Positions 9,199 through 19,947 of a stretch of DNA of 64,000 nt are shown in pieces. The notes beneath the pieces were generated by a model. The model ran no database searches. It was not told the DNA's origin and saw only the letters and a list, made by a program, of their open reading frames with translations. The DNA is taken from the NCBI GenBank assembly GCA_965207375.1, contig OZ242274.1:736001-800000 (forward strand), in the 5' to 3' direction. Both the position numbers and the translations under genes were made by a program. The DNA comes from Nitrosopumilaceae archaeon. GTDB taxonomy: Archaea > Thermoproteota > Nitrososphaeria > Nitrososphaerales > Nitrosopumilaceae. Each line of letters starts with the position of its first letter. Positions within the stretch are counted from its first letter, which is position 1.

Positions 9199-11054
9199 AT
9201 AGTACACTGTTTCTAATTGAACACAACACAAATCTAGATCTTTTAAAGAACCGTGATTCATCAAAGGATAAGATAATCTCCCTAGATTTTATCGCACATA
9301 AGAAATTACTAGAATTGGGAATAAAACACGAGTTATTTGAGAATTATTTTCAATATGATGATAAAGAAGCTATTGATGCTTTAATTGTAGAAAAATATAC
9401 AAATTGGTACAAAAGCGGCGAGGTCTCCAAATATCTTACTTTTGAGAATGTCAATCTGGGCTGGCTCTTGGAAATAGAAATTTCTACTTATCTTGCCCAA
9501 GTTATTAGAAAGTTTGTTGGATTGATAAGACTATTTGAAACCAATTATTATTCCAATGTATATTGCTCTAACTTGCTTTCACTTATGCTCAAAAACATAT
9601 GTGATCATGTGAATATATCAGAACTAGAGACGAACTCTGAGACAAGCCTACATTTTGAAAATGTTGAGATTCCACTACATATTGGAAATAAAACAATGCC
9701 AATTAGATTATCTCGAAATACTGCCTTGAAGATAAAAAAATTGGTTGAATTTTCTACAGCAAAATTATTGAATATCAAAGTCGATTTTAATCAAAATAAA
9801 ACAAAGCCTAGACTCTTGCTATTGGATTTTAACATTATTCTTTACAAAAATTTAATTTCAGAACTATCAAATCATTTTGAAGTTGTTCTTTTAAATGAAC
9901 GCAGGCCTGCAATATGGAATCTGGAAAGTTTAAAACTTTTTAGAAAATTAAATGTAAAGATTGTTCAACTAAAGGATTTGGCAGATTCAACAACGAATTC
10001 TGAGATAAATACTCTGTATGAAGATATTGAGAAAAAGCTAAATGAATTATTTTATTCTACTGACTATCTCAGAAAATATTTTTCAATTGAACAAAAGTCA
10101 TTTTGGCCAGCAATTGAGAAAAATTTCATCATCGTTTGTAAAACTAGATTTAGAGAGGCAGTTAGACGATATTTTCTAGCTCAAAAATTATTTGAGCTTT
10201 TAGAAATTGACAGGATCCTAGCTATTTACAGTACGGGAGTTGAAGAAAAAATGATATTACGTGCATCCCAAAAATACTCTATTCCGGGATTAATCCTGCA
10301 ACATGGTCGTCTGCCCAAGATGACATATCTCAAAAAATATTTTTCAATTATCCCAATTGAGGCAGGTCCGAAATTCAAAAATGCTTTATGGGGAACATAT
10401 ACTGCTGAATTATTTTCAAAATTGGACATACCTAATGATGATCCTGTAATTGTTGGTAGTCCAAAACATGATCAATATTTTCAACTTGCAAAATCTCCAA
10501 GAGATTCTATAGTTTTCTTTGATTCCTTTGCAACAGAAATCACCTTCAACGCATTTGACACAAATCGTTTAATAAAAAATGAGAATGTAATACAAAAAAT
10601 TTGTGAAAAATTAAACGGACTAGATTCCCATAAATTCTTGGTCAAATTACATCCAGGGCAGCATACGCTTCCCTATTCTCTAAGATCTCTTATTAGCAAA
10701 ATCGATCCTAAAATCCCCCTTTATCAATCCGAAGACATATTTCGATTTTTACCTACGTGTGATATTGCTGTTTTATCTGAATTATCTACTGTTGTTTTAG
10801 AAGCAATGATTCTTGAGATTCCTACAATTGTATACCTAGTTGATGATTACTTTGATAATGAAGAAATTTTTACATCTAAATCGAGTCTTCTTGTACATTC
10901 GTATGAAGAATTTGAGATTCAATTTGACAAACTAATTACTGATTCGCAGTTTAGAAATGATCTAATTTCTCGCGGAAATGAGTTTATAAAAAAATATTTT
11001 TCAAATCAGGGCAATTCATCAGAAAATTTTCACAAATTTTTACTTGACAATTGA
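9195..11054 (+). CDS. Surface carbohydrate biosynthesis protein with a GT-B-like C-terminus
   Basis: LQHG, VGSPK, VKLHP, STVVLEAM motifs of GT-B/capsule-type transferases. Confidence 0.6.
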   Translation: MNSTLFLIEHNTNLDLLKNRDSSKDKIISLDFIAHKKLLELGIKHELFENYFQYDDKEAIDALIVEKYTNWYKSGEVSKYLTFENVNLGWLLEIEISTYLAQVIRKFVGLIRLFETNYYSNVYCSNLLSLMLKNICDHVNISELETNSETSLHFENVEIPLHIGNKTMPIRLSRNTALKIKKLVEFSTAKLLNIKVDFNQNKTKPRLLLLDFNIILYKNLISELSNHFEVVLLNERRPAIWNLESLKLFRKLNVKIVQLKDLADSTTNSEINTLYEDIEKKLNELFYSTDYLRKYFSIEQKSFWPAIEKNFIIVCKTRFREAVRRYFLAQKLFELLEIDRILAIYSTGVEEKMILRASQKYSIPGLILQHGRLPKMTYLKKYFSIIPIEAGPKFKNALWGTYTAELFSKLDIPNDDPVIVGSPKHDQYFQLAKSPRDSIVFFDSFATEITFNAFDTNRLIKNENVIQKICEKLNGLDSHKFLVKLHPGQHTLPYSLRSLISKIDPKIPLYQSEDIFRFLPTCDIAVLSELSTVVLEAMILEIPTIVYLVDDYFDNEEIFTSKSSLLVHSYEEFEIQFDKLITDSQFRNDLISRGNEFIKKYFSNQGNSSENFHKFLLDN

Positions 11055-11133
11055 ATCGTATCTTCCAGTAACTATGCCTGTAAATTAAAATAACTATATG
11101 GATTTATTTTGAAAAATTTTAAACATTTATTTT

Positions 11134-12414
11134 TTAAAATGTCATCACTGTTTTGATTTCGTTTCCTTCCAATATTTTGTTTAAATTCTGATCTTGTAAT
11201 CCGGATTTTATTTTTTCAAATGCATTTTGGCATACCTTTAATGTCATTTCAATATCTTGTTTAGAGTGAGAATAACACAATAAAGTCTCTCCGGGCCCAA
11301 ACATTACTCTGTTTCTGATACATTCTTGAAGAAAAATACTATGTAGTAATTTTGGCGTGTACTGGTCAATTTGGGAAAAAGTAATTGCTCCTCGTACAGG
11401 CAATCCCCTCCATTCTATAGGCAGCCCCATTTCATGTGCAAGATTGTTAATGCCATCCTTGAGTGATTTACCAAGATCCCAGCAATGTTTGGTTACATTT
11501 TTAGTGAGGAATTCATTTAAAACGGCGTTTCCCGCTGCTAAAGAAAGAGTTTCTCCACCATATGTAGTTGAGTAAAATATCTCATTGAATTTTTTCATAT
11601 ATTCTGCCTTTCCTGTAATTGCTCCTAGGGGCATTCCGTTACCAATAGCTTTCCCAAATGCAACAAGATCTGCATTAACTTTTAGCAGTTCTTGTCCTCC
11701 TCCATTTGCTAATCTGAATCCGGTCAATACTTCATCAAATATCAAAAGTGCGTTATTTTTATGAGTCAATTCCTGAACCTCCTCAAGAAAACCATCCAAG
11801 GGATACTCTAACCACATAGGTTCCATAACTACTGCAGCTACATTTCCATCAAGCCTATTAAAAGCCGATTTCAAACTTTCAATATCATTATATTTGAATA
11901 ATGAAATTAAATCGTTATTAAAATTAGGAACACCATCATTTCTATTTGTGATTGCTGTAAACCAATCATGCCAAACTCCTCCATGTCCGGTATACAAAAT
12001 GTGATCTTTTTTTGTAAAAGCTCTGGCTGCTCTAATACAGGCAGTAACTGCATCCGAACCTGTCTTTGAAAATCTTGTCATTTCTGCATCTGGGACAATC
12101 TTTTGTAATTTTTCAGAGACCTCGATTTCTAGTGTATGTGGTAATGAAAAGGAGATGCCATTTTCTAATTGACTTTTAATTGCATTATCTATTGTTTCAT
12201 AACAATATCCTAAAGAAACAGGTCCTAATCCAAGTACATAATCAATAAATTCATTATTGTCCACATCAATTAAATGTGAGCCTTTTCCCCGCAGGGCGTA
12301 AATAGGATAAACTCCTTCTACAAAGCTATAGTGTGCCTTGCTAAATGTCTGTGATAATGCAGGAATTAATTTTTCACCCTTTTTCAAAAATTCTTTTGAT
12401 TTTTCAATTTTCAT
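11134..12414 (-). CDS. Class III PLP aminotransferase (glutamate-1-semialdehyde aminomutase-like)
   Basis: LIFDEVLTGFR and FGKAIGNGMP (PLP Lys) motifs; glycan-cluster context argues against a HemL role. Confidence 0.85.
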   Translation of the reverse strand: MKIEKSKEFLKKGEKLIPALSQTFSKAHYSFVEGVYPIYALRGKGSHLIDVDNNEFIDYVLGLGPVSLGYCYETIDNAIKSQLENGISFSLPHTLEIEVSEKLQKIVPDAEMTRFSKTGSDAVTACIRAARAFTKKDHILYTGHGGVWHDWFTAITNRNDGVPNFNNDLISLFKYNDIESLKSAFNRLDGNVAAVVMEPMWLEYPLDGFLEEVQELTHKNNALLIFDEVLTGFRLANGGGQELLKVNADLVAFGKAIGNGMPLGAITGKAEYMKKFNEIFYSTTYGGETLSLAAGNAVLNEFLTKNVTKHCWDLGKSLKDGINNLAHEMGLPIEWRGLPVRGAITFSQIDQYTPKLLHSIFLQECIRNRVMFGPGETLLCYSHSKQDIEMTLKVCQNAFEKIKSGLQDQNLNKILEGNEIKTVMTF

Positions 12415-12448
12415 AATTTCTATTTCTAGACCATATTGTATAATAAAT

Positions 12449-13456
12449 TTATTTTTTCATAAATAAAAGGATCTTCTCTACGATTTTTTTGTTCTCATTT
12501 GGCATTTTTTTGAAATCTGAATTCAAAATCAGTTCTTCATCCAACCTCAAATTAGACAGATTTATTGGAATTTTGTTTTTTAATCCCATCTTTAATAGTT
12601 CCTTGTGGATATATGATGCCTCTTTATGACTGGAATCAAGGATATATCTGAATCGAGTACCCGTTGACATTATTTCAGAGATGAAACCATAACCGCATTT
12701 ACAGATAACTAAATCCGCTGCATTGATAAGATCCTGACCCTCAACTAGGTTAACTTTATTCTTTATTTGGGAAATTTTGGCATAATCAGAAATATCTAAA
12801 ACATGGACATTTGGTGCTATTTTGGATTGTTTTATGCCTGGAATAGCTAGTAACACAAATTTATTTTTTAAAGAAATGCCTAATTTTTCTCTTATGTGTT
12901 TCTTAGAATGAATAATTTTTCTAGAAACCAAGCCCATCTTTATTGAATTGGCTAATTTCATTGGCGAACCAAAGGGTAGTTTGATCTTCAAATCTGCATC
13001 CTCAAAGATCTGTTTGAAAGACTTTCTTGTTTTTGCATCCAAGGATAATGTCTCATTCCAAATAAAACTGGAAATTACAACAGATCTTATTTTTGATTTT
13101 TTAGCAGCAAGTAGCGGCATTATTGCAACATCGCTTATAATAAAAGTCGGTTTTTCCTTTTCAAGAAATTTCTGTTCCTTATCTAATAAATCAAAAAGTC
13201 GCTTTTGCCACTTGAAAATTTGCGATCTTGTCTTTTGATCATTTATCCTCATCCCGGTAGTAGCATCCATTACCGGAACAAAGTCAATTTCGCCCGGTAC
13301 AATTTTCATTTTAGGTAGAGATTTTTTTAAAAAACCGTATTTGTCATTGTTTCTCACAACCACCACTATATTTTGTTCAAGTAGTTCCCTAATGATGGCT
13401 ACAGATCTACTAGAGTGGCCTAACCCATGCTCTGTTATATAATAAATGACTTTCAA
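12449..13456 (-). CDS. GT-B fold protein resembling the N-terminal domain of L-arabinokinase/GT28
   Basis: YITEHGLGHSSR, IISD and ICKCGYGFISE motifs. Confidence 0.65.
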   Translation of the reverse strand: MKVIYYITEHGLGHSSRSVAIIRELLEQNIVVVVRNNDKYGFLKKSLPKMKIVPGEIDFVPVMDATTGMRINDQKTRSQIFKWQKRLFDLLDKEQKFLEKEKPTFIISDVAIMPLLAAKKSKIRSVVISSFIWNETLSLDAKTRKSFKQIFEDADLKIKLPFGSPMKLANSIKMGLVSRKIIHSKKHIREKLGISLKNKFVLLAIPGIKQSKIAPNVHVLDISDYAKISQIKNKVNLVEGQDLINAADLVICKCGYGFISEIMSTGTRFRYILDSSHKEASYIHKELLKMGLKNKIPINLSNLRLDEELILNSDFKKMPNENKKIVEKILLFMKK

Positions 13457-14430
13457 ATCTTTTTGGGCCTATTCTTCCGTCCAGATTCTTTTGCTGCTAA
13501 AGATGCCTTGAGTGTATTAATTGCATCTGAAAGTTTTAGTAGGTGATTATCTTGTCCATTTATGCATCCTGTTACATACTTTATTTCCTCTAAATACATG
13601 CAGTTGGTATTTTTTTCATATTTAATTTTTGAAATTCTTTTGCTTTTGTATTTTCTAACCTCTATTGTTTTTTTAGCAAAATCCCACTTGATGGAACCTT
13701 TTTCGCCTATGATTTCACAATGTCGGTTGTATTCAGGATTGATAAAATCTAAATGTATCCTTCCAATGGCATTTGATTTGAATTTAAGCAATATTTCTGC
13801 CAAGCCCTCTGATTTAACATCAAGATGTGGAACACTACGGTAATAAGAAAAAACTTCTTTGATATCTCCACCAAGCCATTGAAGATAGTTAATTTCGTGT
13901 GAACCGTCAAGGATTATTCCTCCAGATTTTTTTGAACCAGTATAACTTTTTGTATGATCTTGCCAGGGTCTCCAATTTGGCAAATACCATCCTTCGTACG
14001 CATCAAACGATACTATTTTTCCGATAAAATCTTTATCTAACATTTTTTTAATTCTGTGCAGACCCTTATCCATCCTAAAAACATAACCTACAAAAATTTG
14101 TAAGGCATATTTTTTTGCAAGTTTCTCAATCTCAGATATATCCTTAAGAGAATTGCTTAGTGGTTTTTCAATAAATACGTGTGATCCTGCTCTTAAAGCT
14201 TTTTTTGCCAAAGAGATATGGGAATTTGGCGGAGTGCAAATTAAGGTGCATTGGATTTCTTTGAAACTTAGAGAAGTTTGAATGCAAACTTTTAGATCTT
14301 TTCTTGTTTTTTCTAGTAATGATTTATTTGAATCAAAAACGCAAACATCTGTAAATCCTAGTTTTAATAGATTCGAAATGTGTCTCTTACCAATTGAACC
14401 GCAACCAATAACTAGGAACTTCATCTCCAA
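13453..14430 (-). CDS. Gfo/Idh/MocA oxidoreductase
   Basis: GCGSIG, HVFIEKP, GGIILDGSHEI motifs. Confidence 0.9.
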   Translation of the reverse strand: MEMKFLVIGCGSIGKRHISNLLKLGFTDVCVFDSNKSLLEKTRKDLKVCIQTSLSFKEIQCTLICTPPNSHISLAKKALRAGSHVFIEKPLSNSLKDISEIEKLAKKYALQIFVGYVFRMDKGLHRIKKMLDKDFIGKIVSFDAYEGWYLPNWRPWQDHTKSYTGSKKSGGIILDGSHEINYLQWLGGDIKEVFSYYRSVPHLDVKSEGLAEILLKFKSNAIGRIHLDFINPEYNRHCEIIGEKGSIKWDFAKKTIEVRKYKSKRISKIKYEKNTNCMYLEEIKYVTGCINGQDNHLLKLSDAINTLKASLAAKESGRKNRPKKI

Positions 14431-14763
14431 CAGTTATCTGTGAGTAGTTATTATTCTAGCTAACTAATGGAGGCAGGTCCGTCCAAAATTCATGTATTCT
14501 GAGCCATCAGATCTAGATTCTACCGATTTCTCTCATATTCTAGAATTACAAACTGATGATGATTGGAAATTATACAAGTAATAAAATCATACCTGAATAG
14601 TCAGCAACATCTTTCTAATGATCACAATAACGACACAAAGTAGCTAAAAGTTGTAATTGTCAATATCATATCTAGACTTTTTTTATTCTTTGATTATATC
14701 TCGAATTTGTGCTCAAAATCAATATAATTTCAAAACAACATCCATTATAAAAAATTGACAAGT

Positions 14764-15813
14764 TTAAGATTTAGTTTTTGGTTTTCCCAAATAGAAATAA
14801 TTTTTACGTGTCTCATTAAACAAGTAGGCATCTCTTAGTTTCTGAAATTCTACATCTAAAAAATATTCTGGTATCGAGTCTGGATGAAATGTCGTATTTA
14901 GATCAAATTTAGCGTATGAAATAAAATTATAGACAGATTTGTCGGTTCTTATTCTTGCAAAATTTTTTGCATAGTTTGATACAATATGTGGTGGCATTTC
15001 AACAAATGAATTAGCGTTCCAAAAACAGTCAATCAAAGACGATATTTTCTCTATTTCCCATGTGGGAATTACAAATATTTCAAGACTTTCATCTTCTTTG
15101 AATTTGATTTCTGTCATGTCTTTAGTTGTAAGATAATCCTTAACACAATCACCATAAAGATTTCTTAGGTAGTTAGTTACTACCCAAACATTTGGTACTA
15201 TATCAACTGCGATAAATTTTCGAATTTTAGGATAATTTTGTTCTATTAGATGAATATTCGCTCCAAATCCAGGGCCAATTTCAAGAAAAGAACTGCAATC
15301 TTTAAGCGTGGAATTTTTTTCTATAAAATCTAATTGATTAAGAAGTGTCAAATAATGTATAGAATAGTTTTTCCCTTTAAAAAATAGCGTTCTATCACAA
15401 CCAAAGTTTATAGAATCTTTAATTTTATATTTTTGTGTAAGTTCTGTTAATTTGTCTGCCTTGGAAAATACTAAACACGTTTTTTCTAAATTAAATAATT
15501 CGTTCAAATATCCTCTTGTAGTATTTACTTGCAAATCAAATAATTTCTTTAATGGAGTATAATTTAAAATCGTCAAACCTAACTTGATTTGTAATGATGA
15601 TTGGTCTAGCATCCGGCGAACATCTACTATTGTATTATCCCCAAATGAAGTTGCAGATGTGTTTTTGTCAGTTGAAGATCTAAAATCTCTTAATCCATTT
15701 TTTTCTAACTCTTTTGTTGCTACGATACTTTTTTTTAACCAATATGAACCAGGCTTGTAAATTTTAGATGTGTTTTTTTGGTCTGAAATAAGCATTTTCA
15801 GTAATTCGTCCAT
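14764..15813 (-). CDS. Putative sugar O-methyltransferase
   Basis: LEIGPGFG SAM motif; FWNANSFVEM. Confidence 0.75.
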   Translation of the reverse strand: MDELLKMLISDQKNTSKIYKPGSYWLKKSIVATKELEKNGLRDFRSSTDKNTSATSFGDNTIVDVRRMLDQSSLQIKLGLTILNYTPLKKLFDLQVNTTRGYLNELFNLEKTCLVFSKADKLTELTQKYKIKDSINFGCDRTLFFKGKNYSIHYLTLLNQLDFIEKNSTLKDCSSFLEIGPGFGANIHLIEQNYPKIRKFIAVDIVPNVWVVTNYLRNLYGDCVKDYLTTKDMTEIKFKEDESLEIFVIPTWEIEKISSLIDCFWNANSFVEMPPHIVSNYAKNFARIRTDKSVYNFISYAKFDLNTTFHPDSIPEYFLDVEFQKLRDAYLFNETRKNYFYLGKPKTKS

Positions 15814-15906
15814 TATCTAGTCCCACAAGTAATTTGCCCCTATATAGAGCAACCATTAGCATATCTGTAAGAATTGTATCCAGAATTATATCTCTAGGCC
15901 TATGAT

Positions 15907-17153
15907 CAGCTAAGCGAAATGTGGGCAAAATAGGCCAAAATCCACCAAAAATGCAAACAGATCAATAGGGGCGGCTCCAGATGATTTTCAGTGTCCAAAC
16001 AAAAAACCAAACAGAGCCGTGAACTATTAAACAATCCACGATTATATCAAGATGCCGCATCTGGTGCCAAAAACATGCTTGCATGTACTACTTTGTCAGT
16101 CAAGGGCAATACGATATATGGAGTTGATGATCTTAGCACCGGAATGTTGAGGGCTGCCATTATGGATTCCTCCGTAGGAGGATGTGCAAATGCGGTAAAA
16201 CAAAAAAACAGCAACACGCCATCAGACAGATGGTATGCATCTGCAATCAAGGGGATATCAGAGGAAACAGTACAGGACGTTTTCCAATTACAGATAGCAA
16301 GACAGGTTAAGATTCTCAAAAAAATGGGAAAGATTCCAAAGAAGGGGCTTACAGTTGCAATGGACCTACACCTCATATGCCGTTATGACAGGACATATGG
16401 GGAGGAGTTGACCCGTTCTAAATACAAAAACGGCACGACATACTTTGAGCGTTACATGACGGTTCACTGTGTGGATGATACAATGAGAGTCGTTCTAGCT
16501 GCAATACATCTCAAAATGCTTGATTCCGTGCCTAAATCGGTGAATTTTCTGCTCAAAACACTGTCGGATTTGGGGGTAAAAGTTCGTCTGGCATTATGTG
16601 ATCGTGAGTTTTTCTCAGTGGATACAATGCAAATGCTGATTCAAAACGACGTATCCTTTTTGATACCTTGCAGAAATACACCAAATGTAAAATCTGCACT
16701 AGACGAGTATAGTAGTAAAAAACGTGATGTAACATCAGAGTGCACCCTACAAAACGACTATCATTCTGTACCGTATACAATGATGATAGAAAGAAGAAAG
16801 GGATCAAAGGATACTGATGTTGCCGAGGAAAAATACATCGGCTTTGCAACCAACTGTAATACTGTAGACGTTACAGAATATGCAAGTAGGTGGGGGATAG
16901 AATCAGGATACGGCAAGATAGAGGAATGCAGGGCCAAGACACGAATCAAAGATAATGTATCAAGAATGCTGTGTTTTTATTATTCGCTGATACTGTACAA
17001 CGAGTGGATAATTATCAGGGCTATTCTTTGTGATGATACAGCAAGTCAGAGTATTATGACAATGTTAGTTTTCAAAGTACAAATGGATTTTGAAGCGATA
17101 CGTCAGTCCAAGCCGCCGCCATGGTAGGATTGGGGCCACATTTCGCTTAGCTG
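15907..17153 (+). mobile_element. ISH3-family insertion sequence (1247 bp)
   Basis: Perfect 18-bp terminal inverted repeat (TIR) CAGCTAAGCGAAATGTGG at 15907-15924 and 17136-17153; 5-bp TSD ATGAT at 15902-15906 and 17154-17158. Confidence 0.9.
15991..17127 (+). CDS. ISH3-family DDE transposase
   Basis: AMD, CDREFFS and Y.SRWGIE..Y DDE motifs; lies inside the TIRs. Confidence 0.9.
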   Translation: MSKQKTKQSRELLNNPRLYQDAASGAKNMLACTTLSVKGNTIYGVDDLSTGMLRAAIMDSSVGGCANAVKQKNSNTPSDRWYASAIKGISEETVQDVFQLQIARQVKILKKMGKIPKKGLTVAMDLHLICRYDRTYGEELTRSKYKNGTTYFERYMTVHCVDDTMRVVLAAIHLKMLDSVPKSVNFLLKTLSDLGVKVRLALCDREFFSVDTMQMLIQNDVSFLIPCRNTPNVKSALDEYSSKKRDVTSECTLQNDYHSVPYTMMIERRKGSKDTDVAEEKYIGFATNCNTVDVTEYASRWGIESGYGKIEECRAKTRIKDNVSRMLCFYYSLILYNEWIIIRAILCDDTASQSIMTMLVFKVQMDFEAIRQSKPPPW

Positions 17154-17258
17154 ATGATGAACCTAGTCATTTGCGCCAAATTTTCATAAATGATTAATAC
17201 TTGTGTCATACAAAACATTGTATGCAGTCACATTTGAAATTATATTTATTTTCTGGCA

Positions 17259-18731
17259 ATGATATTAAACATGGTAATTGATACCGTGCCAAAAAAGTTA
17301 GTAGGAAAATATACGGTGCTAATACTTGCCTCGATACTTTTGATATCATCAATCCAATATGTTGCAGCCGAAACAAAACTATACACGGAGCTTACTGAGA
17401 CTTTTGATGCGACAAGTGACAAGTATGATTTATTCTTTAAAGTGCTATATGAAGAAACCAATGTCAAGAAATCAGGCAAGATAGTAACTGAGGACGACAA
17501 TTCCTATTATAAAATAGAAATGTCTGGAGTGCGCGAATTGCGTACTAAAAACGCAAATTTGTTTGGAGGAATCATGTTTTATGACCTGCATCCGTCTGCA
17601 CAAAACTTTTCAGTTGATATTTTGGGCAAAAATCTAAGAGGTGATGGGGGAGAAGCTGGTGCAGGAGCTGCAATATACTATGCAATTGTATACGATACTG
17701 GTGATGCACAAAAGCAAATCATGGTTCGCACTCACGCACTTGCAAACAAAAATGTCGCTCTAATAAATACGGCATTACTAAAGCCTGGTGAGACGTATCC
17801 AGAGACTATTGTGATCAAAAACCAGTTTACACCTATTGATACTTGGGCTACCTTTACCGGTAATGTAAAACAGATGTATGAGGACAATGATCTTGGCAAC
17901 TATGATGAGGATGTCACAGAATGGATTTTCATGCTAGGCGGCTCTACGTACACATCACAGGTAAACGGCAGGCCAAATTCCTTTGAGGCACGCTTTGACA
18001 ATGTAACTATAGGTGGCACGATATCTGATACAAAGACACCTGCTCAAATAATTGAGGAACTAAAAGCAAAAATTACGTCCCTTGAAGGCAAAATCGCAAA
18101 GCTTACAATGGCAATTACAGGTCTTAACAACACCATATCTGAAAAGGACAAAACAATTGAAAAGCTCAACATGCAGATAAAAACACTAAACTCCACATCT
18201 GGACCAACAGTTATCTCATTTGATAACTTTGAGACAGGATTAGGAGGATGGACGTTTTACTCTTACCAGTATGCATCAGATACGCCCGGACACCCAGGCT
18301 TTGATAACTATTCGGCCCAGCTTATACCTGATGATTCTAAGGTGGTAAAAATTTCAGGTGATGGTTTTCCTGTGTATGCGGGAATCAAAAAAGAGTTAAC
18401 AATACCTGTTGATGCAAAACAGGTTATACTATCTTTTGACGGCAAAGCATCAGGTACGGCCCTGCATAACTATATTCCTAGTATGTTGTTTATGTCCCTT
18501 GATGATCCGGGGTCAGGTACCTATCCTGTTTATGACAAGTATTATTTTGTAGGAGAAATTAATCCGCCATCATCTAAACTTGTAGACTGGAAAAAATACG
18601 AGTTAGACATTACACAGTATACCAAGGGCAAGACCAAGAGTAATATATTTTTAGGATTGATTGATTCATGGGCTGCAAACTGGAATCATCAAGTATGGTT
18701 TGATAACATCAAAGTCACTGTAAAAAACTAG
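17259..18731 (+). CDS. Secreted hypothetical protein: two predicted beta-sandwich domains joined by a coiled coil
   Basis: Hydrophobic signal ending YVAA; heptad segment IEELKAKITSLEGKIAKL...; both domains end in FDNV/FDNI as in carbohydrate-binding jelly rolls. Confidence 0.55.
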   Translation: MILNMVIDTVPKKLVGKYTVLILASILLISSIQYVAAETKLYTELTETFDATSDKYDLFFKVLYEETNVKKSGKIVTEDDNSYYKIEMSGVRELRTKNANLFGGIMFYDLHPSAQNFSVDILGKNLRGDGGEAGAGAAIYYAIVYDTGDAQKQIMVRTHALANKNVALINTALLKPGETYPETIVIKNQFTPIDTWATFTGNVKQMYEDNDLGNYDEDVTEWIFMLGGSTYTSQVNGRPNSFEARFDNVTIGGTISDTKTPAQIIEELKAKITSLEGKIAKLTMAITGLNNTISEKDKTIEKLNMQIKTLNSTSGPTVISFDNFETGLGGWTFYSYQYASDTPGHPGFDNYSAQLIPDDSKVVKISGDGFPVYAGIKKELTIPVDAKQVILSFDGKASGTALHNYIPSMLFMSLDDPGSGTYPVYDKYYFVGEINPPSSKLVDWKKYELDITQYTKGKTKSNIFLGLIDSWAANWNHQVWFDNIKVTVKN

Positions 18732-19321
18732 ATGTGGAGTATATGTCTCAAAATTGAGACTGGACAAATACAGACAAATTTTCTATGGGTGGTTCCATAC
18801 ATCTAAAGCCAAAAGATTACAGGTAAAAAACAGATTCTCATCGTGAGTTTCTATCTGAGATCAAGATGCTGTAATCTAGGCAGAGGGCAATTCGGAGAAA
18901 ATCTGCATATTGACTTTTACCAACAGATAAAGCAGAAGAATCGTATCGGTACTGTTATTGTATTTTTAACGTAAGAGGCCTGCCCGCCTCAATGCCTGGA
19001 TTTTGTACGATTTTAGGCAAAATTTTTAACAGAGATAATCTAATATTGTGTATTGAACCTCAATAATGCCCAAACCTATACCTATTACGGTATTAAAAAT
19101 CCATTATACAATGGTAAGACAGTACAATTTCATACAGAGAGAATACTATCTAATCATAAAACTGTACAATTTACCATCAAAGGATCATAGAACCCTTTAA
19201 TCTTTTTTATCAAAATCTAGTGAAGGCTTTACACATTACCCTTTACTTTCAGGCACCTTATTGTCTAGTGATACAGTCTATACAGACCCTGAAATTATCG
19301 CTCAATTAGAGCCAATACGGT

Positions 19322-19801
19322 TCAAGTAGGGATGACACATATAGAATCAAATCCCTCATCTAATTCTGACATTTCCAATTCATTCCACCTATTTTGAATG
19401 ACAAAATCTGGAATAGTGCCGCCTCGGCGTCTGTTCTGCTGCAATGCACGGTCCAAATTACGAAATAATACCGCCTGTATCTCATAGTCATATTGTTTAC
19501 CGTGTTCTATGTGATGAGCCCGTATGTCTCGTGTAAGGTTGGTGTCATCTATTAAGATGTTCCTGCCTGCCTTCAAGGATGCAGAGATTTTCACATGTTC
19601 TGCCTTGCGTTCCTGACTTGTGGGTTCTGCAAGGCCGTCTGGGGACCACGTGGCCGAGAGCCTGTTTAGTTCTGCTCTGTCTTGTCTTATATCATCAAGG
19701 GATATTCTGTCAAATGAAGAATATTTTGTTTTTGCAAGGGTGGTTTTTCCTGCACCTGCGATTCCTACCATGATGATCATTTTTGATTTAGAGACAGCCA
19801 A
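19322..19801 (-). CDS. Polynucleotide-kinase-like P-loop protein (AAA_33)
   Basis: MVGIAGAGKTT, IS.D, ILIDDTN, RNxxR-like motif, E.DEGF. Confidence 0.8.
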   Translation of the reverse strand: MAVSKSKMIIMVGIAGAGKTTLAKTKYSSFDRISLDDIRQDRAELNRLSATWSPDGLAEPTSQERKAEHVKISASLKAGRNILIDDTNLTRDIRAHHIEHGKQYDYEIQAVLFRNLDRALQQNRRRGGTIPDFVIQNRWNELEMSELDEGFDSICVIPT

Positions 19802-19947
19802 ATTCTAATCTTACGTAACCCGATCTTTTATTAGTGCTTACTCTCCTCGTACCTAATTTTTCAATCATTGTATTATCTGGACACAATCAACTCCATTACG
19901 TCAACAAGTACGTCTACACCATTTCTTAGCACATAAACATGCATATG

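Noticed and set aside
11134-12414. hemL assignment
   Set aside because: The fold matches, but there are no tetrapyrrole genes nearby and the context is glycan biosynthesis.
14470-14584. Short frame ending ELQTDDDWKLYK, reminiscent of a cytidylyltransferase C-terminus
   Set aside because: Too short and too weak to support a pseudogene call.
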